DNA of 64,000 nt from Euryarchaeota archaeon UBA130 (GTDB lineage: Archaea; Thermoplasmatota; Poseidoniia; Poseidoniales; Thalassarchaeaceae). Where the stretch lies: assembly GCA_002505775.1 (NCBI GenBank), contig DAVY01000020.1, positions 4,860-68,859 of the forward strand, written 5' to 3'. Shown here piece by piece: positions 1-9,710 of this stretch. Both the position numbers and the translations under genes were made by a program. Each line of letters opens with the position of its first letter. The stretch's first letter is position 1. The notes under the pieces were generated by a model. It was not told the origin of the DNA, did not search any database, and saw nothing but the letters and a program-made list of their open reading frames with translations.

Positions 1-2
1 TA

Positions 3-698
3 AAGGGCGGTTCCGACTACTCGGTCGGGGGAATAAGAGTTGAAGGTTTGAGAGCTCCTGAGCATCCAGGAGTACCATCACCAAAGCACTATCCGGTTAC
101 AGGGGAGCCTTCCAGAGATGAGAATCTAGTTCGCTGGAGTTTTCTTGAGTGTGATGGGGGCGTAACATCTTCTATCAATAGGATGAAAGACGAGGGAAAA
201 TTCTCTTGGATCAGCGGTCAGAAGAAGTATACCGCCCTAGCAGTGAAGGCTATTCTTACGTGGAAGAGTCAGATGGCATGGATAAGGGTGGATGATGGGC
301 CTGGTAGGAAGGTGGACCTAACAGGTCTTTTCGCTATGATGCAAGCTGAGACTTTTGGAGGAGGGTATAGGGTAGCTCCAGGAATGCATCCCTTCGGAGA
401 TAGTTCGAGAATAATCTTGGGATTCGGTCTATCAAAGACCCAGATGCTGTTAGTGATGGGGCCATTGGAGAAAGGAAAGCATGTGGGGAAATGGGGGAAG
501 ATATCCATGGAGCCATGTAAGACCTTCGAGATTAGGGCGCTCGATGAGGATGGTGAACCAACACTTGAGAATGGACATGATCCCCCTCTCTACATCAGTC
601 TGGATGGGGAGATATCAATGACCACTCCAGTAAAATTTGATTTCCATTCGAATGTCTTGAATGTTCGTGGCGGGAATAATCCGCCTAACGTCCATTGA
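3..698 (+). CDS. Lipid kinase of the diacylglycerol-kinase/YegS family, C-terminal part (5' end outside window)
   Basis: The frame is open from base 3, with no stop before the listed TTG at 48. The C-terminus '...PLYISLDGEISMTTPVKFDFHSNVLNV' resembles the remembered DGE...P...V..P.AL.V end of DAGK/YegS kinases. Stop TGA at 696-698. Confidence 0.45.
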   Translation, partial: KGGSDYSVGGIRVEGLRAPEHPGVPSPKHYPVTGEPSRDENLVRWSFLECDGGVTSSINRMKDEGKFSWISGQKKYTALAVKAILTWKSQMAWIRVDDGPGRKVDLTGLFAMMQAETFGGGYRVAPGMHPFGDSSRIILGFGLSKTQMLLVMGPLEKGKHVGKWGKISMEPCKTFEIRALDEDGEPTLENGHDPPLYISLDGEISMTTPVKFDFHSNVLNVRGGNNPPNVH

Positions 699-705
699 GT
701 TTTGA

Positions 706-791
706 TGGCGCAGACGGAGAGATTTGAACTCCCGAGTCACTAGGACACCGGATTTCAAATCCGGCGCAATACCAGGCTATGCGACGTCTGC
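706..791 (-). tRNA. tRNA-Ser (anticodon TGA), type II, CCA encoded
   Basis: The reverse complement folds as a cloverleaf. Acceptor GCAGACG/CGTCTGC, 3-bp D stem GCA/TGC, anticodon stem CCGGA/TCCGG with loop TTTGAAA, long variable arm (GTC...GAC), T arm GGGAG-TTCAAAT-CTCTC, discriminator G, then CCA. Confidence 0.9.
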
Positions 792-831
792 TACGCCCTT
801 CCGAATAGGTCTTTCAAATGAAACCTTTCTA

Positions 832-1179
832 TCAGTAGGTTCCAGGTCTACACCACGCTGGGAGGCCGGTTGTGGCTTCAGGGTGAGTCAATCCGATGAA
901 TAAGATCATTATGATGATGAAGAATGATGGAAAAAGAGCTGTGACAGTCAGTATGCCTGAGTCCTCCTCTCCGTATAGATGCATGAATATCAGAGCAATC
1001 ATTATGAATTTGGGGATTGCTATGACAGTTAGTATCATCAGAGTATAGTTGCTGAAGACGAAAATCCTCTCATCTGGAAGATGGAATCCGACCGCTACGA
1101 CTTCTATCAGAGTCAATACCATTAGGCCGATGAAGTTCATCCAGTATGGGTCTTTTCCAAGTATAGTATAATGCGCCAA
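832..1179 (-). CDS. Small polytopic membrane protein, probable cytochrome c oxidase subunit IV-like
   Basis: 115 aa with 3-4 hydrophobic helices. It lies 10 nt downstream of coxC in the same orientation, which is the usual position of the prokaryotic subunit IV. No specific motif recognised. Confidence 0.45.
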   Translation of the reverse strand: MAHYTILGKDPYWMNFIGLMVLTLIEVVAVGFHLPDERIFVFSNYTLMILTVIAIPKFIMIALIFMHLYGEEDSGILTVTALFPSFFIIIMILFIGLTHPEATTGLPAWCRPGTY

Positions 1180-1188
1180 TTTATCACC

Positions 1189-2298
1189 TCAATACAGATA
1201 GAAGAACGGGAAGACGATGACCCAAACAAGATCAACAAAGTGCCAGTAAAGTCCGAAGTATTCTATCGAAACCGCATTTTCAGGGGTATATGCCCCTCTG
1301 CTGGCCTTGAATGTCATATAGATGAGTCCGATTATTCCGCCCAGTACGTGAACTCCATGGGTTCCTGTCGTGACGTAGAAAGTGGAGGCGCTGACCCTGA
1401 TATTAGCCATCATCTGTCCACCAGAGTGGGTCCCGGCCTCCATCATTGCATAAAGCTCAGTATCGTGGGATATCCCATGACCATGATCAGCCAAGTATGC
1501 AGTATCGTAGTAGTGGTGTTGGTAGCTGTCTGCGTTGATCAAGTATCCCTCTGCATACAGTGATTTGATAGTCGTATCTCCATGATTATATTCAGCGAGG
1601 AATTCTGGGAGTGGGAATCCTATGAACCACTCAATCATCTTCAGTGTCAGGAAGAGTATTGCTAGGACTGTTGTAGCTCCTAGATACCTGGTTACTAGCT
1701 TGGTCCTAACCTCATGGTCTAGATCCACCTTCTTGGCATACCTAAGTGCCTGAACAACGGTGAATGAAGATACTATCAGGGCAAAGGTGTTTATCGCGCC
1801 TGGAGCTATGTGGAACCAGGATGAGGCAATTAGATGACCTGCGGGCTCAAAGCAGGTTACTGATGTGCCCTCTACCCATTGCCCAGACTCGAAAACTGAC
1901 TCGCAGGATTCTATCCCGAATCTGTACCTCATGTATGTGCTGAACAGTGATGTGAAAACCATCATCTCAGACATCAAGAAAATCCACATTGAGACCTTTC
2001 TGATATCTATTCCTCTGAAGGGGGTTCCGGTCGCCTTGGGTTCGTATGACCCATCGAATGACATATCCTGCCTCCAGAATATCGTGAGTCCGAACATGAC
2101 TATCGCAAGTCCAGCGAAAACTACACCAATCGAAGCAGCATCGACCATCTCTCCCCATTTGTAGACACCTGCTAGGGAGAACAGGAATATCCCGAATCCG
2201 ACACTCATGATGAAAGGCGCCCATGAGTTATGAGGCGCTCCATGGCTCCAGTCGTGTGGGCCCCATGCACTAGGGTGGTGATCATCATGTACGCTCAA
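1189..2298 (-). CDS. coxC: Cytochrome c oxidase subunit III (with large loop insertion)
   Basis: C-terminal signature '...TGTHGVHVLGGIIGL...IEYFGLYWHFVDLVWVIVFPFFYLY' is typical of heme-copper oxidase subunit III. Its start overlaps the coxA stop by 4 nt. Confidence 0.85.
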   Translation of the reverse strand: MSVHDDHHPSAWGPHDWSHGAPHNSWAPFIMSVGFGIFLFSLAGVYKWGEMVDAASIGVVFAGLAIVMFGLTIFWRQDMSFDGSYEPKATGTPFRGIDIRKVSMWIFLMSEMMVFTSLFSTYMRYRFGIESCESVFESGQWVEGTSVTCFEPAGHLIASSWFHIAPGAINTFALIVSSFTVVQALRYAKKVDLDHEVRTKLVTRYLGATTVLAILFLTLKMIEWFIGFPLPEFLAEYNHGDTTIKSLYAEGYLINADSYQHHYYDTAYLADHGHGISHDTELYAMMEAGTHSGGQMMANIRVSASTFYVTTGTHGVHVLGGIIGLIYMTFKASRGAYTPENAVSIEYFGLYWHFVDLVWVIVFPFFYLY

Positions 2299-4616
2299 TG
2301 TACCGCCTCCTCTGTTTCGTCTTCACTAACCATGAGTCTGTTGAATAGCTTGCTCAACGTTCCTGGTTCGTTCGCAATGTGCTCGTTGGCATCTGTGAGA
2401 ACGGGGAGATTGTGGGGGTCGAAGCTTGGGGTTGGAGGGGGAGAAGTTGTCATCCACTCGAATGACCATCCTCCCCATGGATCGGCTGGTGCGTCTTGTC
2501 CTCGGATGAGACTCTTGATCATGTTAGCCACCATGATGAAGTTGGAGAAGAAGAATATGAAGGCAGAGACAGAGATGAACATGTTCCATCCCGCGGCCTC
2601 TATGGGGAGGGCACCCATAGCCTCCTCTGTGGTAACGAAGTACGTGTGGTGCCTCCTAGCCATTCCCCAGACTCCAAGCCTGTGCATTGGCCAGAATAGG
2701 GCATTGTATGAGATGAATCCTACCAGGAAGTGTAGTACACCTAGCTTCTCATCAAGCATTTTTCCAGACATTTTCGGGAACCAATAATAGATGGCTGCAT
2801 AGAAGCCGAAGACGGTTCCACCTACGAGGACATAGTGGAAGTGTGCCACAACGAAATATGACTCATGGAGGTGAAGATCCATCGCGATGGATGGGAAGAA
2901 CATTCCCGAGATTCCCCCGAGAGTGAATGTAACTAGGAAGCCCAAGGTCCAGAGAGTGTGGGTCCTGTATACCAAAGAGCCCCCATGCATCGTCTTAAGC
3001 CAGTTGAATATCTTAATTCCCGTTGGGACGGCAACCAGCATTGTAGTTAGCATGGTGACGAATCTTAGGGTCGGGCTCATTCCACTGGTGAACATGTGGT
3101 GGCCATAGACGATGAAGGAAACAACACCTATTCCCGCCATTGCGTAAACCATTGATCTGTAACCAAATATCGATCTTCTTGCACTGGTTGCTATTACTTC
3201 AGATATGACTCCGAAAGCCGGGACTATCACAACATAAACCTCTGGATGTCCGAAATACCAGAACAAGTGGCTCCATAGAAGAGGGTCTCCGCCAGCTGAG
3301 ACATCATAGAATGCTGTTCCGATTACCCTGTCCAGATAGACTTGGATAAGGCCTATACCGAATGCTGGGATTGAGAGGAAAAGCATCAGGTTAGCGATGA
3401 GTATTGACCAGGTGAAAAGAGGCATCTGGAGCCAACCCATTCCCGGGGCCCTCATGACAGCAATTGTGGTCAGGAAGTTGATTCCTGTAAGTGTCGAGGA
3501 GGCTACTAGCATAATCTGCCCCGCTACCCACATTGTTGTTCCCATGTGAGCAGTTTCGCTCACGACATATGGAGCATATCCTGTCCACCCTGTATCTGCA
3601 CCTTGGCCTGAGAAGACACCTGTGAAGATTAGCAAAGCACCTACTGGTTGTAACCAGAATGACATGGCGTTAAGTCTGGGGAGGGCAAGGTCTGGGGCCC
3701 CGATCTGAAGAGGCACCATCCAGTTTGCAAAGCCATTGATTAGAGGCATCGCGGCAAGGAAAATCATAGTGGTCCCGTGCAGCGTGAAGAACTGGTTGTA
3801 CTGATCCTGAGTCAGGAAGTCATTTCCTGGAACGGCCAATTGTATCCTAATCATCATGGCCATTATTCCCCCTACACCCAAGAAGAAAAGACCAGCAACA
3901 AAGTACAACGTTCCTACTTTCTTGTGGTCAGTTGTGGTGAGCCAGTCAGCAATCCAAGGTGCGAAGTATTCCCATGTGAACGATTCAGGGTTAGTCCTGT
4001 AAAACACGTACGCCAACGTTAGGACCAAGAGGACCGCTGAGACGATTATCAATGTGGTGAGGACAACATAAGGATCAGCTTCCTCCAGTACTAGAACAGG
4101 AGGGGATACTTTGGCGGTTAGTCTGTTCCACATGTCGCCTGAGCTTCCACCGTTGGCGCCATCTGCATTGCCATTGACGGAGTTAGTATGAAGGACGAAC
4201 TCAACATTTCTATCCGATGATGGGGAGGTCCAAGTCATAGTCCATGATGTCTGGTCATTGCCTGCTTCTGTGTGACTAACCTCATTCACGCTGTATGACT
4301 GGACTGTGGCATCAGAAGGGGATAGCTCACCATCACTGACCCAAAGATTGAATCCACCCTGATTGATGTTTGAAGGATCTGATGGACCTCCGACGAATGA
4401 GACAGTTATCTCGTAAGTCTCCGAGTAATTGTATTGGTCTGGGAGTCCGGTAATCGAGGGTACAACTTCTGAGCTTGTTACTGCTCCGTGGCAGTTACAC
4501 CCCGAGTCTTTGACCCCTTGGATGCCATTAGGATAGGAGACTGCGGCTGGTGATATCACCAATGCCATGACAAGTGCTGACAAGACCAGCAATGTTCGTG
4601 CGGATTTCTTGTTCAT
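2295..4616 (-). CDS. coxA: Cytochrome c oxidase subunit I (A-type) with roughly 215-aa N-terminal secreted domain plus extra TM helix
   Basis: Core motifs: 'DHKKVGTLYF', 'LHGTTMIFL', 'WSHLFWYFGHPEVYVVIVPAFG', 'HHMFTSG', 'VVAHFHYVLVGG'. The N-terminus has a signal-peptide-like segment 'LLVLSALVMALVISPAAV'. Confidence 0.92.
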   Translation of the reverse strand: MNKKSARTLLVLSALVMALVISPAAVSYPNGIQGVKDSGCNCHGAVTSSEVVPSITGLPDQYNYSETYEITVSFVGGPSDPSNINQGGFNLWVSDGELSPSDATVQSYSVNEVSHTEAGNDQTSWTMTWTSPSSDRNVEFVLHTNSVNGNADGANGGSSGDMWNRLTAKVSPPVLVLEEADPYVVLTTLIIVSAVLLVLTLAYVFYRTNPESFTWEYFAPWIADWLTTTDHKKVGTLYFVAGLFFLGVGGIMAMMIRIQLAVPGNDFLTQDQYNQFFTLHGTTMIFLAAMPLINGFANWMVPLQIGAPDLALPRLNAMSFWLQPVGALLIFTGVFSGQGADTGWTGYAPYVVSETAHMGTTMWVAGQIMLVASSTLTGINFLTTIAVMRAPGMGWLQMPLFTWSILIANLMLFLSIPAFGIGLIQVYLDRVIGTAFYDVSAGGDPLLWSHLFWYFGHPEVYVVIVPAFGVISEVIATSARRSIFGYRSMVYAMAGIGVVSFIVYGHHMFTSGMSPTLRFVTMLTTMLVAVPTGIKIFNWLKTMHGGSLVYRTHTLWTLGFLVTFTLGGISGMFFPSIAMDLHLHESYFVVAHFHYVLVGGTVFGFYAAIYYWFPKMSGKMLDEKLGVLHFLVGFISYNALFWPMHRLGVWGMARRHHTYFVTTEEAMGALPIEAAGWNMFISVSAFIFFFSNFIMVANMIKSLIRGQDAPADPWGGWSFEWMTTSPPPTPSFDPHNLPVLTDANEHIANEPGTLSKLFNRLMVSEDETEEAVH

Positions 4617-4627
4617 TCAGTCATCTC

Positions 4628-5377
4628 CTATTGATGGACTACCAGTTTCCCCGCCATGACAGAGTGAGCATCTCCACAGTATTCGGTGCAGAGAATTATT
4701 TGGTCCCCAACTTCACTGCTGATTGGCAACCAGAGGGTGGTTGGCCATTCGTATTCTGACGGACCTATCTCTGCCCCATACAGAGTGTCTTCCTTGACGC
4801 CCATTCCCAGGAACCACGGGGCATGGGTAACATCCTCAGATCTCATATTTGCCAGGTATGTTTCGCCTTTCTTGAGAGAGAGAAGCGGAACTGTCCCATA
4901 GACCTCTACATTGTCACTACCTGTGTCGCATAACTCCGTAGAAAGGTCGAGGCAATCGAATGCCCAGACCCATTGCTTTCCTGTAATCTCTATCACGTGG
5001 TAACATTCGGAGGTCACGACCCCATAACCATCAAGTTGGTTATTGGAAGATTGGCCATCCTCACACTCTTCGCCATGGTATCCATCCTCACCAGTCTCAG
5101 ACCATACAGCGTCCAATGGCACCCATGACACATAAGTAAGCCAGACTATTAGGATAAACGGGGCGACAGTCCAAGCTACTTCCAGCCTCATGTCATCGTT
5201 ATGCTTCGGGAAAACCCCTACTGCTATTTCATCGGGATTATCATAGCCATCCGAATCTTCTGAGCGATACCAGAAAGAGTGATGATAAAGCCAAGTGAAG
5301 GTGAAAACAGACACTAATATAGAGATTACAATGTAGTAGTCCCACAGGCCTTGGAATAGAGAGCTCTGTATAGTCAA
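4628..5377 (-). CDS. coxB: Cytochrome c oxidase subunit II (CuA cupredoxin)
   Basis: Two N-terminal TM helices. CuA ligand pattern 'DVTHAPW...CTEYCGDAHSVM' (H...CxExCGxxHxxM). First gene of the coxB-A-C-IV string. Confidence 0.88.
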   Translation of the reverse strand: MTIQSSLFQGLWDYYIVISILVSVFTFTWLYHHSFWYRSEDSDGYDNPDEIAVGVFPKHNDDMRLEVAWTVAPFILIVWLTYVSWVPLDAVWSETGEDGYHGEECEDGQSSNNQLDGYGVVTSECYHVIEITGKQWVWAFDCLDLSTELCDTGSDNVEVYGTVPLLSLKKGETYLANMRSEDVTHAPWFLGMGVKEDTLYGAEIGPSEYEWPTTLWLPISSEVGDQIILCTEYCGDAHSVMAGKLVVHQ

Positions 5378-5496
5378 GACACAACCCGTATCGACGGGTA
5401 CGAATTCCCCTCATAAGGGATACGGATGCGTAGCCTGTGATTTTGTTTCATCATGATGGGAAAACTCCTAAGCAAAACCTCCCTTAACGAGCGTCG

Positions 5497-5994
5497 ATGG
5501 AGCATAATGACTCTGGCAATGGAGAAATTACCCCTGGTCCGCATGATAGATTTTCCAGATTCAACAGAGCGGCCAGATCCATCCATGACTCCATAGTTAG
5601 AAACTCTCCGATCGAGTATGGGGGGTGCGGTTGCCCTGTGGTTGTAGAGGGCATTAATGACGTCAAAGCATTGAGAGAACTGGGTTTCATTGGTGATATT
5701 GAGAAAGTTAACCGGGGATGGGGCATGCCCAAGCTTGTAACGTATCTCTATGAAAAATACGGGATCAGAAATGAAGTTGATGGAGGTGGTTCGATAATAC
5801 TACTGATGGATTGGGATAGAACGGGAGGGAGGTTACAGAAGCTACTGAGAGAGCGCCTTGAGTCATTAGATGTGAAAGTAGATGAAGCCCTGAGAATTGA
5901 GTTAATGAAGAGTATGAAGCCGGAAGGAAGAACCGTTGAGTCACTGAGGCCCCATATCGAAACTCTGGTGGGGCTGTTAACATATCACAACTAG
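5497..5994 (+). CDS. Toprim-domain protein (small primase-like/RNase M5-like family)
   Basis: 'VVVEGINDVKALRELGF' and 'IILLMDWDRTGGRL' match the Toprim E...DxD pattern. The true start is uncertain. Confidence 0.55.
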   Translation: MEHNDSGNGEITPGPHDRFSRFNRAARSIHDSIVRNSPIEYGGCGCPVVVEGINDVKALRELGFIGDIEKVNRGWGMPKLVTYLYEKYGIRNEVDGGGSIILLMDWDRTGGRLQKLLRERLESLDVKVDEALRIELMKSMKPEGRTVESLRPHIETLVGLLTYHN

Positions 5995-6441
5995 CTACTC
6001 AGGGGCCACTGTCATCGTCTCCTTGACAGTATTCAGCACGAGCTGGGTTAGAGACCTTTCAATTCCATCAATAGACATGACATTCTTAATCAGGTCGTCA
6101 AGGTCGTCTCTATCTCTGGCTCTAGCGATGATCATTGAGTCATAATCACCCGTGACGTCGTAGACTCCCGAAACCCTGTGGTCCCCAGAGATCTTCTCCT
6201 GTATCTCGATTAGCCTACCCTTCTGTATCCTGAGGCCAATGACCACGTTGAGGTTCCAGCCTATCTTTTCAGGATCTAGTCTAACTGAATACCCTGTAAT
6301 TATACCGCTATCTTCCAGCCTGTTTACCCTGTTACTTACTGTGCCCAAAGCTACTCCGACGATTTCTGAGATTTTTCTCAGAGACGCTCTGCCATCCTCC
6401 TGAAGTACTTGTATTATTTTCCGGTCAGTTTCATCAATCAA
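5995..6441 (-). CDS. lrp: Lrp/AsnC family transcriptional regulator
   Basis: N-terminal HTH 'DRKIIQVLQEDGRASLRKISEIVGVALGTVSNRVNRLEDSGIITGY' followed by an RAM/ACT-like C-domain; 148 aa. Confidence 0.9.
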   Translation of the reverse strand: MIDETDRKIIQVLQEDGRASLRKISEIVGVALGTVSNRVNRLEDSGIITGYSVRLDPEKIGWNLNVVIGLRIQKGRLIEIQEKISGDHRVSGVYDVTGDYDSMIIARARDRDDLDDLIKNVMSIDGIERSLTQLVLNTVKETMTVAPE

Positions 6442-6529
6442 ATAGTCACCCGCAGTGTTGATTGGTGAATGTGGCTAATGAACATATGCTATAAATTAAT
6501 GAAAATCAATGTTCGCTTGTTCAGGAATG

Positions 6530-8164
6530 TTATCCAATATCGGTACCCAAGCCTCTTTGAGACATCCTAATCATTACTTCTTTATCGTTGACCATCAGAG
6601 TGACCCTTTCGCCAACCCACACAGGTATTGCATCTGTCCCTGAGACTAGGATATGCCCACCAGAAATATCACTTGAAATGCCTATCTCTTCTTTAGTCAG
6701 AGACTTTCTAAGTAGTAGATCATCTAGTAAATCTCCGCTTATATCTGTAACTCCAGTGGAGAGTGTCTTGGAGAATTCCTGACAGGCCTTTCCAACCACT
6801 CTGTCAATCTGCCCGTTCCTTATCCTAGCCAGCTCCATTCCAAGATGAACTACTCTAAGGGGCCTCCACCTGCCCCCTGGTATGGCTACTTTGCCGTTTC
6901 TGATTGTCCTTCCAGATGACCAGACAGACCTTGCTTCTGGATTTGCCCAAAGTACTTTCTTTCCCCTGAGCCAAAGCTCATCTGGAGCAGCCCCCCATTT
7001 CTGCTCAATTGTTTTCCTGAGAGATTTCTCTATTGGCTGAGGAGAGATGGGGATATCTGGTTTGACAGAATCTGAACGCTTGGCAGATTCCACATCTACA
7101 AGCCCAGTCGAGGCATCTTGGGACTTCTGCATGACTGAAATGAAGAATCCCCCTCCTCCAATATCGTCATTCCAAATTCTCATACAATTAGCTAAAGACT
7201 CTGAAACTCTATTTTCCTTTGGAGGTAGCATTGAGTCTTTCAAGATAATATCTGTGGAGGGATTCGCATCGGAGTCTAGGCTATCCCATGATTGGAGCCC
7301 CCTCCTTCCCGGAAGCTCGGGGAGAATCTCTGAGACAGGAATCAGTTCAATATCTGGATCCGATCTGATGACCTCGGCTACTACGGCCTCATTCTCCACA
7401 GGATCCAAGGAGCACGTCGAGTAGACTATTCTCCCCCCTGGCCTAGTCAGTCTTACAGCCTTCCTGAGAAGTTCTATCTGAAGGTCATGCAGTGACCTGC
7501 CTCCTTCTGGGGTCCACTTTTGCCATACTTCCGGATTCTTCCTGGTAGTAGCTGATCCGGTACATGGGGCATCCACCAGAACCTTGTCAAAACCATGATT
7601 TGGCATATTTGGGAGATGCCTGCCGTCATGATTGATAATCACAGCAGATTTCGAGCCGTGCCTGTGAACATTGGAAACCAAAGTGTTTGCCCTGGAGTTT
7701 GAAATCTCATTGGCGAATACAACCCCACCCTCTCCTAGACACTCAGAGATTTGAGTCGTTTTTGATCCAGGAGAAGCACACATATCGAGTACGTAATCGC
7801 CCGTAGATACCTGTAGTGCCAATACAGGTATCATCGATACAATCTCTTGACGTGTGATTCTACCTGTCTCATGGAGAGCTATCAGCATCTCTCTCGCCTT
7901 GCCCTCCGCGAGCCCTCTGCTGAATGGCATCTCCCACGCCGTTCCGGGTCCCTTAAACCAAGGCACGGGCTTTCCGCCCTGTTCTGAAATCCATTCCTCA
8001 ACCCATTTACTGTCAGTTCTCAATGGGTTTACTCTAACAGTCTCTGGCAGCCGTTCGAAGGAACCCTCTAACCAGCTGTCTGGGTCCTTTCTCCAAGAGG
8101 ACACTGCCTTCAAGAGGAGGCTGGAAGAAGCGAGCTCTGACCATGACTTCTGTGAGTCCACCAC
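6530..8164 (-). CDS. RsmB/RsmF/NOL1-NOP2-Sun family RNA cytosine-C5 methyltransferase
   Basis: SAM and catalytic motifs 'VLDMCASPGSKTTQ', 'FDKVLVDAPCTGSATTRKNPE', 'GGRIVYSTCSLDPVENE', plus a long C-terminal extension as in RsmF. Confidence 0.85.
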   Translation of the reverse strand: MVDSQKSWSELASSSLLLKAVSSWRKDPDSWLEGSFERLPETVRVNPLRTDSKWVEEWISEQGGKPVPWFKGPGTAWEMPFSRGLAEGKAREMLIALHETGRITRQEIVSMIPVLALQVSTGDYVLDMCASPGSKTTQISECLGEGGVVFANEISNSRANTLVSNVHRHGSKSAVIINHDGRHLPNMPNHGFDKVLVDAPCTGSATTRKNPEVWQKWTPEGGRSLHDLQIELLRKAVRLTRPGGRIVYSTCSLDPVENEAVVAEVIRSDPDIELIPVSEILPELPGRRGLQSWDSLDSDANPSTDIILKDSMLPPKENRVSESLANCMRIWNDDIGGGGFFISVMQKSQDASTGLVDVESAKRSDSVKPDIPISPQPIEKSLRKTIEQKWGAAPDELWLRGKKVLWANPEARSVWSSGRTIRNGKVAIPGGRWRPLRVVHLGMELARIRNGQIDRVVGKACQEFSKTLSTGVTDISGDLLDDLLLRKSLTKEEIGISSDISGGHILVSGTDAIPVWVGERVTLMVNDKEVMIRMSQRGLGTDIG

Positions 8165-8317
8165 GTGCGTCGGAAACAGCGTCAGCGAATCAATGGCTCG
8201 TATGCTTGGCTTTGAATCTCATAGTGACAAACAGGTTTCCTCGCGCAGAAAATCTGTAAACGGTTAAACATCAGATGAGTCACTCAGGGTTTGCGGCGTT
8301 GCCGCAGATGGGATGCT

Positions 8318-8674
8318 ATGAGAACACTTAGGAGAAGAATTTCAAGAAATGCAGGAGAGCCAGTGAGTTTAGATCAGGGTAAGTCAACAAGAAAGTTGGT
8401 TGAACTGGTGGAAAGGGCACAAGCCAATGGTTTGGAGCAAGGGCCCCTCACGCCAGTCGAGGCTTTGGTGACTATTGAGGGAGAGGACTGGGTCTGGCAG
8501 ATAGTTGATCATGAGGTACTAGAGATGCTGAGTCATAGACTCGTATTCCAGAGTGACGTCGGGTCTAGAAGAGAGATACTGATGACTGCTGGGCTGGAGA
8601 CGGCAGTGAATGCAGCTTCAAAGATTGTTGAGTTAGACGGTGGATGCGTACTAATCGAGACCTTAGAGCCGTGA
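8318..8674 (+). CDS. Hypothetical protein
   Basis: ORF with ATG at 8318 (the track lists a TTG at 8291). No recognisable motif. Confidence 0.35.
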   Translation: MRTLRRRISRNAGEPVSLDQGKSTRKLVELVERAQANGLEQGPLTPVEALVTIEGEDWVWQIVDHEVLEMLSHRLVFQSDVGSRREILMTAGLETAVNAASKIVELDGGCVLIETLEP

Positions 8675-8722
8675 ATTGAGCGTTAGCGGGCTTGAAATAG
8701 TGTGGGTAGGTCCGGCGGTTCG

Positions 8723-8914
8723 ATGGCGAAGGAAAAGAAGGGTAGCGGGATTCAGCAAGCCGCTGGACTAATCAGATACTTCGACGAGGAGTCTGAGGAT
8801 GCTATCCAGATATCCAAGACGATGATTTACGTGGCCTGCTTTGTTTTCTCAATCACCATATACCTAGCCAACCACAATGTATTGTCTTGGCTGGCTGATA
8901 CAATCGGTCTTTGA
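8723..8914 (+). CDS. secG: Preprotein translocase subunit Sec61beta (SecG, archaeal)
   Basis: 'MAKEKKGSGIQQAAGLIRYFDEE...' followed by one C-terminal TM helix is the typical archaeal Sec61beta layout. ATG at 8723; the upstream GTG at 8702 is an alternative. Confidence 0.75.
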   Translation: MAKEKKGSGIQQAAGLIRYFDEESEDAIQISKTMIYVACFVFSITIYLANHNVLSWLADTIGL

Positions 8915-8915
8915 G

Positions 8916-9710
8916 CTATTCCTCTGACAAATCTACAAACGGTATCTCATCAGATTGCTCCCCTCTCAGCGAGGCCTTCACTGATTCATATTCAGAGGAG
9001 AGGACCTCGGTACTGGGATCTGCCTCGATGAGGGCGCTATTCGCTCTTCCTAGAGCCCTTTCCACAGCGGGAGCGTTCCTATCCTCCAATGCCTTCCTAG
9101 CTTCCTGCAGATCCATAATTGCCTTCTCTAGTGCTTCTTCATCTCCACCTGTGTTGGAGAGGAAATCGGCCCTCTCCTGAAGCTCGAGGATATTTGACCG
9201 CATGTCTTCAGATGCCCATTGGACTAGTTCCATCCAGTTTCTCCTGTGTTCCTCTGATGAAATCCCGGTGACTCTCTCGAATCTTCTAAGACGGTATGGT
9301 TCCCAAGGGTTCCTACCCAGGGATGCTACGACGTCATGGATACAACGGGCCCTGAGGGAGAGTGGTCCAATAATCTCAATTTTATTGAAGAAGCACCTGG
9401 CGAAGAGTCCCATTCCCCAGTATGAGTCACTGGTAATGCTTACAGAAAGCTGTCCTGATCTAGATTCTAATTTCCACCTTTGCTCATCGTAACCAGGCTG
9501 CGATGAGAAAGTTGGAGGATCATGAGGGCCCAGGGACCTCAAGATAGCTTTGGCCACATCACCAAGAAATACTTGGCTTCCGTTTCCGGGCCATGACTCG
9601 GGTCTGAGATAACCCTCTCCGTCAATCTTCATCCTAGGGTCCCCCTGCATAACTTGGGCAAACAGCACTGATCTGAGTGGATCAGAAACTACTCCCAGGT
9701 CCTCGTCCAT
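8916..9710 (-). CDS. Hypothetical protein (C-terminal helical/acidic region)
   Basis: 264-aa ORF with coding-like composition and no recognised motif. Confidence 0.4.
   Translation of the reverse strand: MDEDLGVVSDPLRSVLFAQVMQGDPRMKIDGEGYLRPESWPGNGSQVFLGDVAKAILRSLGPHDPPTFSSQPGYDEQRWKLESRSGQLSVSITSDSYWGMGLFARCFFNKIEIIGPLSLRARCIHDVVASLGRNPWEPYRLRRFERVTGISSEEHRRNWMELVQWASEDMRSNILELQERADFLSNTGGDEEALEKAIMDLQEARKALEDRNAPAVERALGRANSALIEADPSTEVLSSEYESVKASLRGEQSDEIPFVDLSEE

Noticed and set aside
4488-4499. Possible heme-c attachment site in the CoxA N-terminal domain
   Set aside because: The motif is C-N-C-H (CxCH), not the canonical CXXCH, so I do not call it a c-type cytochrome. It is kept only as an unexplained conserved-looking motif.
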